From assembly GCA_937931785.1 (NCBI GenBank), contig CALHAX010000035.1, forward strand, positions 1 through 57,916: a stretch of 57,916 nt of DNA, written 5' to 3'. The stretch comes from an uncultured Hyphomicrobiaceae bacterium. Lineage in GTDB: Bacteria > Pseudomonadota > Alphaproteobacteria > Rhizobiales > CALHAX01. Position numbers and translations under genes: made by a program. Positions within the stretch are counted from its first letter, which is position 1, and each line of letters begins with the position of its first letter. Shown here piece after piece: positions 10,189 to 20,748 of the stretch. The notes under the pieces are model-generated. The model was not told where the DNA came from. It made no database searches and worked only from the letters and a program-made list of their open reading frames with translations.

Positions 10189-10934
10189 ACTTGTTCCGTA
10201 TTCCTTCGATCACGGGTTTCGGTGCCGTCTGTGGATCGCTCCACAACCTCGGCGCCTGCGGTGTAATTTTCCAACCGCTCCAGGTCCTTCAGAAAGGACG
10301 CGCTTGCACCGCCCTGCTTTAAGGCAGCATGTACCACATTCGAGCGGCCAAATGCCAAACTCAATTCGTCGCTTTTGAAGTTGGAGACGATTTTTGGGGC
10401 GTTTCCAGTGATTTCAGCACCAATTCTTGCCAAACCATCGAGTTTTCGACAACCATCCACGGCCGCATCGCTGCCATGCAGAAGCACGGCAATGGATCCA
10501 TCCCGCAATGTCGCCTCGACTTTCGAGAACCCTGCACACGCGAGACCAGCTTTGTTGGCCAGCGAAATGCGATCAGATGCACGTCGGCGCAAGAGTCGTT
10601 CAACCACTTCCGGCAGGTCAGCCGGGCATGCGACCTGCTGTTTGAATCCGCGAGCGAAGAGCTTTTTCTTCGTCGCCTCCAAAACCTGGTCGTAGGTGCA
10701 GGTGACCCAGACTCCCCGGCCCGGCAAACGCCCCGACACATCCGGCACTACACCATCAGGGCCGAGTGCGAAGCGGATAAGATTTTCGGTGGATTGACTG
10801 ACGCCTGAAACAGCACAGCGTCGTTCTGAATTCAGGCGTTCCGGCAGCGGCGGGCGCTCAGACACAGCGATGCCTTCGGGAGATATCGTCTCTCCCGCAC
10901 CCCTGTGCTGCTTTTTTCCGCCGCGCATCGCCAT
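10185..10934 (-). CDS. YlxR(DUF448)-L7Ae-like RNA-binding protein found between nusA and infB
   Basis: Conserved operon position; the C-terminal half resembles the L7Ae/YlxQ fold; its stop overlaps the infB start. Confidence 0.7.
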   Translation of the reverse strand: MAMRGGKKQHRGAGETISPEGIAVSERPPLPERLNSERRCAVSGVSQSTENLIRFALGPDGVVPDVSGRLPGRGVWVTCTYDQVLEATKKKLFARGFKQQVACPADLPEVVERLLRRRASDRISLANKAGLACAGFSKVEATLRDGSIAVLLHGSDAAVDGCRKLDGLARIGAEITGNAPKIVSNFKSDELSLAFGRSNVVHAALKQGGASASFLKDLERLENYTAGAEVVERSTDGTETRDRRNTEQV

Positions 10935-10958
10935 ATCTGTGTGTCAGGTCTCACTGCT

Positions 10959-12611
10959 CTAACTGGCGGAAGCCGACGCATCGGCTTCCGGTTCGGTGGT
11001 TTCGGTTGCTGCTTCGCTGTCTTCTGCGGCGTCTTCCGTGGTTCCAACGGCATCCTCGACGGAAATCCAGCCGGCTACGACGCGCGCGGACATGATCATT
11101 TCTTCAGCTTCTTCCTTGGACATCTTGAAGCCGTCGAGAATTCCAGGTTCGCGAACGGACTCTCCATCCTTACGTTCGTACCATCCAAGCAGATCGTCCG
11201 TGGCGCAACCGGCCAGATCCTCGACCGTCTTGACCTCGTTCTCACCAAAGGCAACGAGCATGGCTGATGTTACGCCCGGCACTTCGACGACCTCGTCAAG
11301 AACACCCAATTCCTTGCGTTTTGCATCTCGTTCAGCTTCGCGGCGTTCCAGGAAGTCCTTCGCTCGAGACTGAATCTCCAGTGCCGTGTCTTCATCGAAC
11401 CCTTCGATGTTCGCAACTTCGCCGCTGTCGACATAGGCGACTTCCTCGACGCTCGCGAACCCTTCGGAGACGAGAAGCTGGGCAATGACTTCGTCAACGT
11501 CCAGCGCTTCCATGAACAGGGCGGAGCGTTCATTGAATTCTGCCTGACGGCGCTCTGCCTCATCGGCCTCGGTCAGGATATCGATGTCCCAACCCGTCAG
11601 TTGCGAGGCCAATCGTACATTCTGGCCGCGACGACCAATGGCAAGACTGAGTTGCTCATCCGGCACCACGACTTCGATGCGTTCCGCGTCTTCGTCGAGT
11701 ACGACCTTGGCAACTTCAGCTGGTGCGAGCGCATTTACAATAAACGTTGCCGCGTCTGGCGACCACTGGATGATATCTATTTTCTCGCCCTGCAACTCTC
11801 CCACAACGGCTTGCACGCGTTGCCCACGCATCCCGACGCAGGCGCCAACAGGATCTATTGACGAGTCGTTCGAAAGCACCGCGATTTTTGCGCGACTTCC
11901 GGGATCGCGCGCAACCGACTTGATTTCGACGATACCATCGTAAATCTCTGGCACTTCCTGCGCGAACAGCTTCGACATGAACTCTGGACGCGTGCGCGAG
12001 AGGAAAATCTGAGGTCCACGCGCTTCGCGGCGAATATCCGCAATGTAGGCACGAATGCGATCGCCATAGCGGAACGCTTCGCGCGGGAGCTTTTCATCCC
12101 GGCGCACGATGCCTTCACCGCGACCAAGGTCGACGATAACGTGACCATGTTCTTCGCGCTTCACGAGGCCATTGATGACCTGACCGACGCGATCCTTGAA
12201 TTCTTCGTATTGCCGTTCGCGTTCCGCATCGCGCACCTTCTGGACGATGACCTGCTTGGCGTTCTGCGCCGCGACACGGCCGAAATCCAATGGTGGGAGC
12301 GGCTCTGCAATATAATCGCCGACTGTCACGTCCGGGTTCCGCTTCTTGGCGTCTTTCAAAAGTATTTGCGTGGCGTCCGTCACGTTTTCCTCGACGACTT
12401 CAAGCAAGCGCTCCAGGCTGATCTCCCCGGTCTTGGGATCGATCTCAGCACGAATTTCGTTCTCGCTGCCATAGCGCGACTTGGCGGCTTTCGTGATGGC
12501 TTCTTCCATCGCGGAGATCACGATTTCCCGATCAATCACCTTCTCACGTGCGACCGCGTCAGCGATCTGCAGGAGTTCCAACCTGTTCGCACTTACACCA
12601 GCTTCAGACAT
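10959..12611 (-). CDS. nusA: transcription termination/antitermination factor NusA (550 aa) with acidic C-terminal tail
   Basis: S1 and KH domains, two C-terminal acidic repeats and a D/E/A-rich tail. Confidence 0.95.
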   Translation of the reverse strand: MSEAGVSANRLELLQIADAVAREKVIDREIVISAMEEAITKAAKSRYGSENEIRAEIDPKTGEISLERLLEVVEENVTDATQILLKDAKKRNPDVTVGDYIAEPLPPLDFGRVAAQNAKQVIVQKVRDAERERQYEEFKDRVGQVINGLVKREEHGHVIVDLGRGEGIVRRDEKLPREAFRYGDRIRAYIADIRREARGPQIFLSRTRPEFMSKLFAQEVPEIYDGIVEIKSVARDPGSRAKIAVLSNDSSIDPVGACVGMRGQRVQAVVGELQGEKIDIIQWSPDAATFIVNALAPAEVAKVVLDEDAERIEVVVPDEQLSLAIGRRGQNVRLASQLTGWDIDILTEADEAERRQAEFNERSALFMEALDVDEVIAQLLVSEGFASVEEVAYVDSGEVANIEGFDEDTALEIQSRAKDFLERREAERDAKRKELGVLDEVVEVPGVTSAMLVAFGENEVKTVEDLAGCATDDLLGWYERKDGESVREPGILDGFKMSKEEAEEMIMSARVVAGWISVEDAVGTTEDAAEDSEAATETTEPEADASASAS

Positions 12612-12721
12612 TTATTCTCTCGCTTCGCTCGTTCTTTACTTCGGCTTGCGCGATGCAAGCCTCGTTATCGTTCAGGAGCTTTGCTCCTTTGGCGCCACGA
12701 AGGCTGCGCCGCTGTGCGCGA

Positions 12722-13435
12722 TCAATTCTCCGCCAGATCAACGTCCGGGATCGTCGGCTCGTCGTTCTTGTCACCGCTCAGTGTTTCGTTGCCGCGCTGC
12801 TTTTGGCGCTTCAACGCTTCGGAGATGAGTTCGTCGGTCATCATCAACTTTGCACTTTCGACCAGTAATACCGGGAAACCGAGAACGGTTTCGCCCTCAC
12901 CATTGCCAAGATCCGTAACAAGGCGAACTTCGCCGTCTGCAAAGCCTTCCAGACGCCCGCGAAAGCGTTTGCGCCCATCCACCATCTCGCGCAGCTCAAG
13001 TTTGATCTCGTAACCGGCCCAATCATCGAAGTCGGTGGGACGAACCAGGGGGCGATCAATACCCGGCGACGACACCTCCAGATGGTAACTGCCCGGGATC
13101 GGGTCGTACGTATCGAACACCGGCGAAAGGGTACGCGAGATCTCGGCACAATCTTCCACTGTAATGTCCCGATCCGCCACATCGGCCATGATCTGCACCG
13201 TGCCACCGTCGCGCCCGGATTGCATGATGCGCACAAGGCGAAATCCGAGATCCTCGATAATCGGCTCGGCGAGCTCCGCGATCTGGCGTGCAAGACCGAC
13301 TTCCCGCACAAAACGGCGCTGGGACACGTCCGGTGACGTGGTTTCGGCTTCTGTCGTGTCGGGCTGCGATTGCAAGCGCGCGATCCTTGAATTCCTGCGT
13401 TCCAAACCAAAAAGAGCGGGCCCCGGGAGACCCAC
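12722..13435 (-). CDS. rimP: ribosome maturation factor RimP (start uncertain; ORF maximum 237 aa)
   Basis: ..EPIIEDLGFRLVRI..YHLEVSSPGIDRPL.. RimP signature, directly upstream of nusA. The N-terminal ~40 aa are probably not translated. Confidence 0.8.
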   Translation of the reverse strand: MGLPGPALFGLERRNSRIARLQSQPDTTEAETTSPDVSQRRFVREVGLARQIAELAEPIIEDLGFRLVRIMQSGRDGGTVQIMADVADRDITVEDCAEISRTLSPVFDTYDPIPGSYHLEVSSPGIDRPLVRPTDFDDWAGYEIKLELREMVDGRKRFRGRLEGFADGEVRLVTDLGNGEGETVLGFPVLLVESAKLMMTDELISEALKRQKQRGNETLSGDKNDEPTIPDVDLAEN

Positions 13436-13639
13436 TCTCGCGATCGAGAATGTATTGAATAGGCGTCATCTAGGTGAAAGAGGCTGAAATTGCAAGAGTT
13501 GTTTGTATGCGAAGCCGGATTGGAGGATGCTGCACATGGATCTGTCATCTCCCATGATGTGTCCAATATCACAACTGGCATTCAGAGCGTGGGCTCCCCA
13601 TAGTGACATGGCTCACCGCCCCGTTGAAAGTCCTCTTGA

Positions 13640-14845
13640 ATGTCGCTTCACTCTTCATCCGTTTCGGGCGGACAGTCTTTGACATTCTACGCGGTGCTTG
13701 TTGCGATGAGCACGACCGGCCCGTTGGCGATGAACATTTTTGTTCCATCGATACCTGGGCTGATGCGCGAGTTCGAGGCGACGTCTGGCACGGTGCAACT
13801 GACGCTCACAGTTTACCTTGCCGGGATAGCCATCAGTCAATTGTTCTATGGACCGCTCTCCGACCGGTTTGGACGTCGCCCGGCCATACTGATTGGTTTG
13901 AGCCTTTACGTCGTTGCGAGCCAATTGTGTGCACTCGCCACATCCATCGAAACCTTGATGGCCGCACGCTTCCTTCAGGCACTGGGCGGGGCCGCCGGGA
14001 TGGTACTGTCGCGCGCCATCGTCCGAGACCTGCACGGACGCGAGGCGGCGGCCAGTGTGCTGGGTTATATCACCATGGTGTGGGTGATGGTGCCGATGTT
14101 CGCTCCGGCCCTTGGCGGACTGCTGGACGAAATAGCGACGTGGCGCGCTTCATTTCACGTCCTCAGCATTTTCGGCATGGCGGTTCTGGCGTTGACCGTC
14201 TGGAAGTTACCGGAAACAAACCCGCCTTCTGCGCGTGACGCTGGTGTGGGCCGTAATCTGACGGCGGGTGCTGTTGCGCTCGTTCGAGAGTCGCGCTTTG
14301 TTGGCTACACGATGACGCTCGGGTTGTGCAGCGCGGTCTTCTTTTCCTTTCTTGCCGGTGCACCGTTCATCATGGTCGAAGTGCTGGGCCGCACACCACT
14401 GGATTACGGTTTGTGGTTCATGCTGATTTCGATTGGCTACATTACGGGTAATTTTCTTTCCGGGCGCTATTCGCAGACCATCGGGATCGATCGCATGATC
14501 ACGATCGGTAATGGGCTTGCTGTCGTCGGTGCCGTGACGATGCTTGGTGCGGGGCTCGCCGGCATTCTGTCGCCCGTAACCTTGTTCGGACCAATGCTGC
14601 TGGTGACGCTTGGCAACGGGTTAACGATCCCGAACGGAACAGCCGCAGCCGTATCGGTACTACCAAAGACGATCGGGGCCGCGGCAGGATTGTCCGGATT
14701 CACGCAAATGGCGATTGGGGCAGCTGCGTCTCAGGTGACAGGATCATTGCAGGGAACAACACCACTTGTGGCATTGTGGATTATGGCTGCGGCTGCGGTT
14801 TTGGCGAGCCTGACGCATCAGACGATGCGACAGAGGGATCATTAA
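13640..14845 (+). CDS. MFS transporter, Bcr/CflA drug-resistance subfamily (401 aa)
   Basis: 12-TM profile with GPLSDRFGRRP motif 2 and the ..LGGAAGMVLSRAIVRD.. Bcr-like motif. Confidence 0.8.
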   Translation: MSLHSSSVSGGQSLTFYAVLVAMSTTGPLAMNIFVPSIPGLMREFEATSGTVQLTLTVYLAGIAISQLFYGPLSDRFGRRPAILIGLSLYVVASQLCALATSIETLMAARFLQALGGAAGMVLSRAIVRDLHGREAAASVLGYITMVWVMVPMFAPALGGLLDEIATWRASFHVLSIFGMAVLALTVWKLPETNPPSARDAGVGRNLTAGAVALVRESRFVGYTMTLGLCSAVFFSFLAGAPFIMVEVLGRTPLDYGLWFMLISIGYITGNFLSGRYSQTIGIDRMITIGNGLAVVGAVTMLGAGLAGILSPVTLFGPMLLVTLGNGLTIPNGTAAAVSVLPKTIGAAAGLSGFTQMAIGAAASQVTGSLQGTTPLVALWIMAAAAVLASLTHQTMRQRDH

Positions 14846-15561
14846 CCCTTCCGGACAAAGCTGAAATAATAGCGCTGTCGGCCTTCACGGTCAGCTTTGG
14901 CTTCGTAGCGCGTGGCGGGCCAGTCTGCGGGGCGCACGCGCCAGTCTGCGGCAGTTTCAGCGGGCCAGTCGAAGTGGCCGCATGACAGGATGGCGTGCAG
15001 GCCGGTGCGAACGTAGTCAGCAATATCGGTGGCGAAGCGGAATTCGGCCCCCGGTTTCATGACGCGTGCAAGGTCCGTCAGGAAATCCTGCGTGACAAGG
15101 CGGCGCTTTGCATGACGCTTCTTGGGCCACGGATCGGGGAAGAGAATAAAACAGCGATCGATCTGGTTTTCCGGCAACCAGTCGATGACCTGCCGCGCAT
15201 CGTCGTTATGCAGGCGGATATTTTTCAGATTGTGGCGGTCGATCTCGCCGAGGACCCTGGCAACACCATTCAGAAATGGTTCGCACCCGATGAGTCCAAC
15301 AGACGGGTTGGCCTGTGCCTGCCATACAAGATGCTCGCCGCCGCCAAACCCAATCTCCAGCCAGACGGCGCGGCATTCATCATCGAACAACGCCGGGGCG
15401 ATGCTCTCAGGTGTCAATGTTTCAAAGGGCACCCGCAACATGGGCAAACGGTCTGCCATCAACCGTTCGCGGTACGAACTGAGCGCATGCCCTTTTTGAC
15501 GGCCAAAGAGGCGACGCGCCGGGCGCTTTTGCTCTTTGCCCGGCTCGTTTGTATTCGCCAT
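14842..15561 (-). CDS. trmB: tRNA (guanine46-N7)-methyltransferase TrmB
   Basis: ..WLEIGFGGGEHL..FPDPWPKKRH.. motifs. Confidence 0.9.
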   Translation of the reverse strand: MANTNEPGKEQKRPARRLFGRQKGHALSSYRERLMADRLPMLRVPFETLTPESIAPALFDDECRAVWLEIGFGGGEHLVWQAQANPSVGLIGCEPFLNGVARVLGEIDRHNLKNIRLHNDDARQVIDWLPENQIDRCFILFPDPWPKKRHAKRRLVTQDFLTDLARVMKPGAEFRFATDIADYVRTGLHAILSCGHFDWPAETAADWRVRPADWPATRYEAKADREGRQRYYFSFVRKG

Positions 15562-15581
15562 CGTGCGCTACAAAACCTGCC

Positions 15582-16769
15582 TTACACCGCAGATTTGAGT
15601 TTGTCGGCCAGGTCTGTCTTTTCCCAAGAGAAACCGCCATCTGCATCGGTGTCTCGACCAAAATGGCCGTAGGCTGCCGTGCGGGCGTAGATCGGCTTGT
15701 TCAGATCGAGGTGTTCGCGAATGCCGCGTGGCGAAAGATCCATCGTGTTTGCAATGGCTTTTTCCAGAACCTCGGCAGGTACCTTGCCGGTGTCACCCGT
15801 GTCCACATAAACGGATAGCGGCTGGGAGACGCCAATCGCATACGACAGCTGGATCGTGCACCATTCGGCAAGTCCGGCGGCAACGATGTTCTTGGCGAGA
15901 TAGCGCGAGGCGTACGCTGCAGAGCGGTCAACCTTTGTCGGATCCTTACCGGAGAAAGCGCCGCCTCCATGAGGTGCTGCGCCGCCGTAGGTATCAACGA
16001 TGATTTTTCGTCCTGTCAGACCGCAATCGCCATCTGGTCCACCGATTACGAATTTACCTGTCGGATTGACGTGCCACTGGGTATCTGCAGTGATCCAGCC
16101 GTCCGGCAGGCAGGCGGTGATCGTTGGCTCCACAAGTGCGCGAATGTCGGTGCTTTCCAGCCCGTCAGCATGCTGAGTGGACAGCACGATCGACGACGCC
16201 CGTACCGGCTTACCGTTCTCATAAACCACGGATACCTGACTCTTGCTGTCCGGCTCCAACTGCGCGAGTTCGCCAGATTTACGTTTGGCTGCCAGCTTTT
16301 CGAGGATCATGTGGCTGTAATAGATCGGTGCAGGCATCAACGCCGGCGTTTCCTGGCACGCATAGCCGAACATGATGCCCTGGTCGCCAGCACCTTCATC
16401 CTTGTTGCCAGCCGAGTCCACGCCTTGCGCAATGTCGGCAGACTGCTCGTGAAGGTGGTTTTCTACGATCGCGTTCTTCCAGTGAAACCCATCCTGCTCG
16501 TAGCCGATGTCCTTCACAGCTGCGCGCGCAACTTCCTCAACGTCGTCTTTCGTGATGCTGGATGGTCCGCGCGTTTCGCCTGCGATCACGATCCGGTTTG
16601 TTGTGGTCAGCGTCTCGGCGGCGACACGGACAGACCATGGATCCATCCCTTCCTTGATTGCACGACCAAAGAACAGATCTACAATTTCATCAGAAATCCG
16701 GTCAGAAACCTTGTCTGGATGCCCCTCCGAAACGGACTCACTCGTAAACATGTATGAACTACGCGCCAT
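15582..16769 (-). CDS. metK: S-adenosylmethionine synthetase
   Basis: [19 protein letters not shown] and the [17 protein letters not shown] motifs; GGGGAG Shine-Dalgarno sequence before the ATG. Confidence 0.95.
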   Translation of the reverse strand: MARSSYMFTSESVSEGHPDKVSDRISDEIVDLFFGRAIKEGMDPWSVRVAAETLTTTNRIVIAGETRGPSSITKDDVEEVARAAVKDIGYEQDGFHWKNAIVENHLHEQSADIAQGVDSAGNKDEGAGDQGIMFGYACQETPALMPAPIYYSHMILEKLAAKRKSGELAQLEPDSKSQVSVVYENGKPVRASSIVLSTQHADGLESTDIRALVEPTITACLPDGWITADTQWHVNPTGKFVIGGPDGDCGLTGRKIIVDTYGGAAPHGGGAFSGKDPTKVDRSAAYASRYLAKNIVAAGLAEWCTIQLSYAIGVSQPLSVYVDTGDTGKVPAEVLEKAIANTMDLSPRGIREHLDLNKPIYARTAAYGHFGRDTDADGGFSWEKTDLADKLKSAV

Positions 16770-16844
16770 AACACTCTCCCCGTCGTACTTACGAATTTTC
16801 TGGAATAAAGATGTTCAAGACCGACGCACGGCCTGCCACCCCAA

Positions 16845-17369
16845 CTACTGCGCGGCTTCTTCGCCGATCGCTTTCACAAGATCAATGATTCTTTTGCGCG
16901 TCGCCGGATCCTGCACGCTGGTGAACGCGGTCATCAATTCGTTACGTTCTTCCAGGCGAACCGGATTTGCCGTGTAGGTTGCACCAGGGCTTTCTGCAAA
17001 GCCCCCCATGTCTGCAACGTTCAATTCCAGCTCAAGGCCTTCGAAAAACTTATAGACGGGCACTTCGAGCAATTTTGCGAGGAGGAAAATTCGGCTCGCA
17101 CCGATGCGGTTTGAACCTTTTTCATACTTCTGAATTTGCTGAAACGTAAGACCTAGCTCGTTTCCGAGTTCGGTTTGCGTGAGTTTCTTGCGTTTGCGGA
17201 AGTGTTTCACGCGCTCGCCAACGAACGTGTCTATTGGATGCGGCTTGCGGTTCAGGAACAGCAACTCTGCTATGTCCGACCGTTCTTCCGACTTGTCACC
17301 CAGTTCCATTGCCACAGAGCCCACCCTGTAATGTGTACTACTCAACCCCAAGTCATTTACGGGCGGCAC
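16845..17369 (-). CDS. XRE-family helix-turn-helix transcriptional regulator
   Basis: HTH ..KKLTQTELGNELGLTFQQIQKYEKGSNRI..; conserved neighbour of lnt/metK in Rhizobiales; start may be the internal Met (MELGDK). Confidence 0.7.
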   Translation of the reverse strand: MPPVNDLGLSSTHYRVGSVAMELGDKSEERSDIAELLFLNRKPHPIDTFVGERVKHFRKRKKLTQTELGNELGLTFQQIQKYEKGSNRIGASRIFLLAKLLEVPVYKFFEGLELELNVADMGGFAESPGATYTANPVRLEERNELMTAFTSVQDPATRKRIIDLVKAIGEEAAQ

Positions 17370-17379
17370 TGCTTGCGCG

Positions 17380-19149
17380 TCAAGGTTGTGTTGCGACTAT
17401 TTCTACACCCTTGCGCCGTCTAGCGAGTAATGTGGCCAGAATACACAGCACTATGATGAACCAGAATGGTGCATTGCCAAAACGCGCAAAGAGTGTTGGA
17501 GGCAATGGTGTCGGCAGTTCCACATCTATGACACCGCGCGCGTTGAGCGCCAATTGCTGTGTAACCCGGCCAACCGGGGTGATGACGCCGGAAATGCCAT
17601 TATTGGAGACGCGAACCAGAGGCAAACCCTCTTCGACAGCACGTACCCGTGCCTGGTGGAAATGCTGACGTGGTCCGGCCCAACGCCCAAACCACGCATC
17701 ATTCGTGACGACGAGCAACCAGGCTGGTCGTTCGGCTGTCGTGATCAGCGCGCCGGAGAAGATGACTTCGTAGCATATCAATGGCGTAACAGGAGGCAGT
17801 CCGGGTACGGTCAAAGTGCGAGCGCCTTTGCCTGGCGAAAAACCTCCACGCAGTTGTGTCAACTGACGCAGACCTACGGCCTCCAGCACGGACTGAAACG
17901 GCAAATACTCCCCGAATGGGACGAGATGCTGTTTGTCGTATTGTGCCAGCCGGCGCGCGCTATCGTCGAAGGCCAGCAGGGTGTTGTACGTTTCACGCTC
18001 ACCTGACGCGCTGTTGCCTGCTGCTTTTATGCGCAGAGCTCCTGTCAGAAGGGATTTGTTGTCTGGAAGCAGCGCCGCAATATCCTTGAGCGCCTGAGGG
18101 GTGCGCAACGGAAGAAAAGGCATCGCCGCCTCGGGCCAAATCACGTGCGTTATGGCTGCGAGATCATCCACGCGACCTTGCTGGTTTTGCCGGGATAACG
18201 TCAGAAGCTGGTCGAAAACCCAGCGTCGCAATTCCGGCCGCCATTTCTTATTTTGAGGGATCGCGGGCTGGACAAGCCGCAAGAGGACATCCGATTGCGC
18301 GGCCGTCGTGAGCGTTGTGCGATGCCAGCCATAACCAAGACCGATGCTTGTTAGCAGGATGCCACACCCGGCAAGCACAGATGTCTCGCGCATCGATAAA
18401 CGCCCCCGGAGCGCGTCGAGTGCCAGCAGAATTGGTACCGTGAAAAGTATCACAGCGAGCACGTTCAAACCGTTGGTTCCGATGAGCCCGGCCCATTGCA
18501 ACGTCAGACTGTTTCCCGTGAGGCTGTCGCCAACCGGATTCCAGGGAAAGCCGGTGAAGATGTTTCCGCGCAGCCATTCCGACAAACCGATCGCTGCACC
18601 GAGCGGAAATGCAGAACGCCAGCCCGACACCCACAACGTGTGTGCAAGCGCTGTCGCCGCAGCGAAGAAAAGCGCCAGCCCCCCTGGCAGAAGGGTGATG
18701 GCAAAGGGAATCAGCCAGGCGAATTTGTCGGCTTCAACAAGAAATGGCTCCACGATCCAGTGCAGGCCAAACGTGAAGTAACCAAACCCGAACCACCACC
18801 CCGTGACTGCGGCTCGATTGAACGATGCCCGCACCGGCGCGGTGGTGGCCTCTGCTTCTGGGGACTCAAGCATGAGGCTGAGCATTGGAAGGGTCAGCAA
18901 CAGCACCGGCCAAAAAAACAAAGGCGCAACGGCCAGCACTGACACGGCACCCAACCCGAACGCGAGGGCGTATCGCTGCCATGACTTGAGGTGTGCGAAC
19001 TCAAGCACCGCCCTTGTTATACGTATTTGCAAACGTTCTCGCCGCCGCTGGGTCTGGTTCACGCGGTATACGGGCTCCGCCACGTCAGCTAACCTTGGTT
19101 TCGGGTGGCGCGTATGGCGCGTCGCCAGCCGCACTCCCGTCTCCCTCAT
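17380..19149 (-). CDS. lnt: apolipoprotein N-acyltransferase Lnt (ORF maximum; true start probably <=19084)
   Basis: N-terminal TM bundle, CN-hydrolase domain with ..ICYEVIFSG.. catalytic Cys. The first 65 nt overlap corC, which implies an over-extended start. Confidence 0.85.
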   Translation of the reverse strand: MRETGVRLATRHTRHPKPRLADVAEPVYRVNQTQRRRERLQIRITRAVLEFAHLKSWQRYALAFGLGAVSVLAVAPLFFWPVLLLTLPMLSLMLESPEAEATTAPVRASFNRAAVTGWWFGFGYFTFGLHWIVEPFLVEADKFAWLIPFAITLLPGGLALFFAAATALAHTLWVSGWRSAFPLGAAIGLSEWLRGNIFTGFPWNPVGDSLTGNSLTLQWAGLIGTNGLNVLAVILFTVPILLALDALRGRLSMRETSVLAGCGILLTSIGLGYGWHRTTLTTAAQSDVLLRLVQPAIPQNKKWRPELRRWVFDQLLTLSRQNQQGRVDDLAAITHVIWPEAAMPFLPLRTPQALKDIAALLPDNKSLLTGALRIKAAGNSASGERETYNTLLAFDDSARRLAQYDKQHLVPFGEYLPFQSVLEAVGLRQLTQLRGGFSPGKGARTLTVPGLPPVTPLICYEVIFSGALITTAERPAWLLVVTNDAWFGRWAGPRQHFHQARVRAVEEGLPLVRVSNNGISGVITPVGRVTQQLALNARGVIDVELPTPLPPTLFARFGNAPFWFIIVLCILATLLARRRKGVEIVATQP

Positions 19150-20224
19150 CGGAGGTCGGTTTTACAGCAGTCAGAATGCGCAACCTCTTGATGCGACGCG
19201 GATCGGCATCAAGAACCTCAAATTCGTATCCACTCGGATGCGGCACAACCTCACCGCGAACCGGAACACGATTCACGAGCGTGAAAACCAAACCACCAAG
19301 TGTCTCGATATCTTCCTCGTCCTCACCTTCGACGAGTTTGCATTCCAGGAATTCCTCAAGCTCGTCGATCGGCGTGCGCGCCGACGCAACAAGGCCAAGT
19401 GCAGGATCACGCTGAATCTGGCTTGTGGCGTTCTCGTCGTGCTCATCCTCGATTTCCCCGACTACCTCTTCAATCAGATCCTCAATAGACACGAGCCCAT
19501 CTGTCCCACCGTACTCATCGACCACCATTGCGAGATGCACGTGTGTCGATTGCATCCGGAGCAACAAGTTCACGGCTGGCATAGAGGGGGGTACGAAAAG
19601 CACGTCGCGCAACAAGCGTGTCGAAGCAATCGGTTTACCCAGATCCTTTTCTGACACTCCGATCGTCGCGACACGGGGAGCCTCCTCGCCATTCCCGTGC
19701 GTTCTGGTGCCCGTGTCGACCTCCGAACCGGAAGCCCCATTTTTCTTTTTTGATTTTTTCTCCGTCGCACCGGTCAACCAGGCCATGAGATCCTTGATGT
19801 GGATCATTCCGCGCAGATCATCGAGGGTTTCGCTATAAACCGGGATGCGAGAATGACCGACATCCTGGAACAACGCCAGAAGACGTCCCAACGAAGCCTG
19901 CTCGTCAACAGCGACAATGTCTGCACGCGGCACCATCACATCTTCGACCCGCAGTGTGCCGAAGCGTAGTGTTCTCATGAGCATATCGCGCTCAAGCTGC
20001 GTGAAGTCCGAGGTTTCTTCGTTCTGTTGGCCCAGTGCTTCGACAAGCACCTGCCGCAAGCCCGGTGATGCGATGCCGAGGCTTGTTTTGAGAGAATGTA
20101 ACCAACCTGAGGGTTCCTCGGACTGCGACGTAGAATCGTCGACTGTGTCCTGCAATTCGTTCGGTGATAACGGAGCTATGCTCCCCTCCAAACCTGACGC
20201 GTCTCCGGATTTTTGGTCAGTCAC
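19085..20224 (-). CDS. corC: CBS-pair/CorC-HlyC-domain Mg2+/Co2+ efflux-associated protein (YbeX)
   Basis: Tandem CBS domains and a C-terminal transporter-associated domain; position in the ybeZ-ybeY-ybeX-lnt operon. Confidence 0.85.
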   Translation of the reverse strand: MTDQKSGDASGLEGSIAPLSPNELQDTVDDSTSQSEEPSGWLHSLKTSLGIASPGLRQVLVEALGQQNEETSDFTQLERDMLMRTLRFGTLRVEDVMVPRADIVAVDEQASLGRLLALFQDVGHSRIPVYSETLDDLRGMIHIKDLMAWLTGATEKKSKKKNGASGSEVDTGTRTHGNGEEAPRVATIGVSEKDLGKPIASTRLLRDVLFVPPSMPAVNLLLRMQSTHVHLAMVVDEYGGTDGLVSIEDLIEEVVGEIEDEHDENATSQIQRDPALGLVASARTPIDELEEFLECKLVEGEDEEDIETLGGLVFTLVNRVPVRGEVVPHPSGYEFEVLDADPRRIKRLRILTAVKPTSDEGDGSAAGDAPYAPPETKVS

Positions 20225-20736
20225 GGTTGTCCATGCTCCGCAGTGGTGAGACGTTCCGTGTTTTCAGAACCGTTTTCGATATAGGGATTTTTTATCCCAA
20301 GATCCTTCAGGACCAACACTTCGATACGCTCCATGTCTTGTGCTTCTTCTTCGTTCTCATGGTCATGTCCGAGCAAATGCAACGCTCCATGGATCACGAG
20401 ATGCGTCACGTGATTGTGTACAGTAACGCCAAGTTCGGATGCCTCGCGAACAACCGTTTCGAACGCCAATGCGATGTCGCCGATATATTCATCATCGCCG
20501 GACGGAAATGACAAGACATTGGTCGCCATATCCTTTTGTCGAAACTGGATATTGAGATCGCGAATACGTGCATCGTCCGACAAAAGCACGGTGACTTCTG
20601 ACCGCGTTATTCCGTCCGACAGCTGCGCCCAGAGCGCAGACATCGCATGCCGCACGAGTTCGTCCGTTATGCCGTGAGACTGCCATGCCGGGGTGTCTGT
20701 AACGACTTCGACCATTATGTTTGACGCATTTGACAT
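20221..20736 (-). CDS. ybeY: endoribonuclease YbeY (rRNA maturation factor)
   Basis: HLVIHGALHLLGHDH metal-binding motif. Confidence 0.9.
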   Translation of the reverse strand: MSNASNIMVEVVTDTPAWQSHGITDELVRHAMSALWAQLSDGITRSEVTVLLSDDARIRDLNIQFRQKDMATNVLSFPSGDDEYIGDIALAFETVVREASELGVTVHNHVTHLVIHGALHLLGHDHENEEEAQDMERIEVLVLKDLGIKNPYIENGSENTERLTTAEHGQP

Positions 20737-20748
20737 CTGGAGACCGCA

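Noticed and set aside
12141-13013. 290-aa plus-strand ORF
   Set aside because: Antisense to nusA/rimP; shadow ORF.
13436-13639. Possible initiator tRNA upstream of rimP, as E. coli metY precedes rimP-nusA-infB
   Set aside because: There is no tRNA-like cloverleaf and no GGTTCGAATCC-type T-loop; the region looks like a plain divergent promoter shared with the MFS gene.
13603-14238. 211-aa plus-strand ORF overlapping the MFS transporter start
   Set aside because: It is an alternative frame of the clearly real 12-TM MFS gene (13640..14845); Arg/Gly-rich shadow frame.
16770-16900. SAM-responsive riboswitch (SAM-II or SAM/SAH) ahead of metK
   Set aside because: The metK leader is short, overlaps the 3' end of the XRE gene, and shows no pseudoknot or consensus-like structure; a good Shine-Dalgarno sequence sits directly at the ATG.
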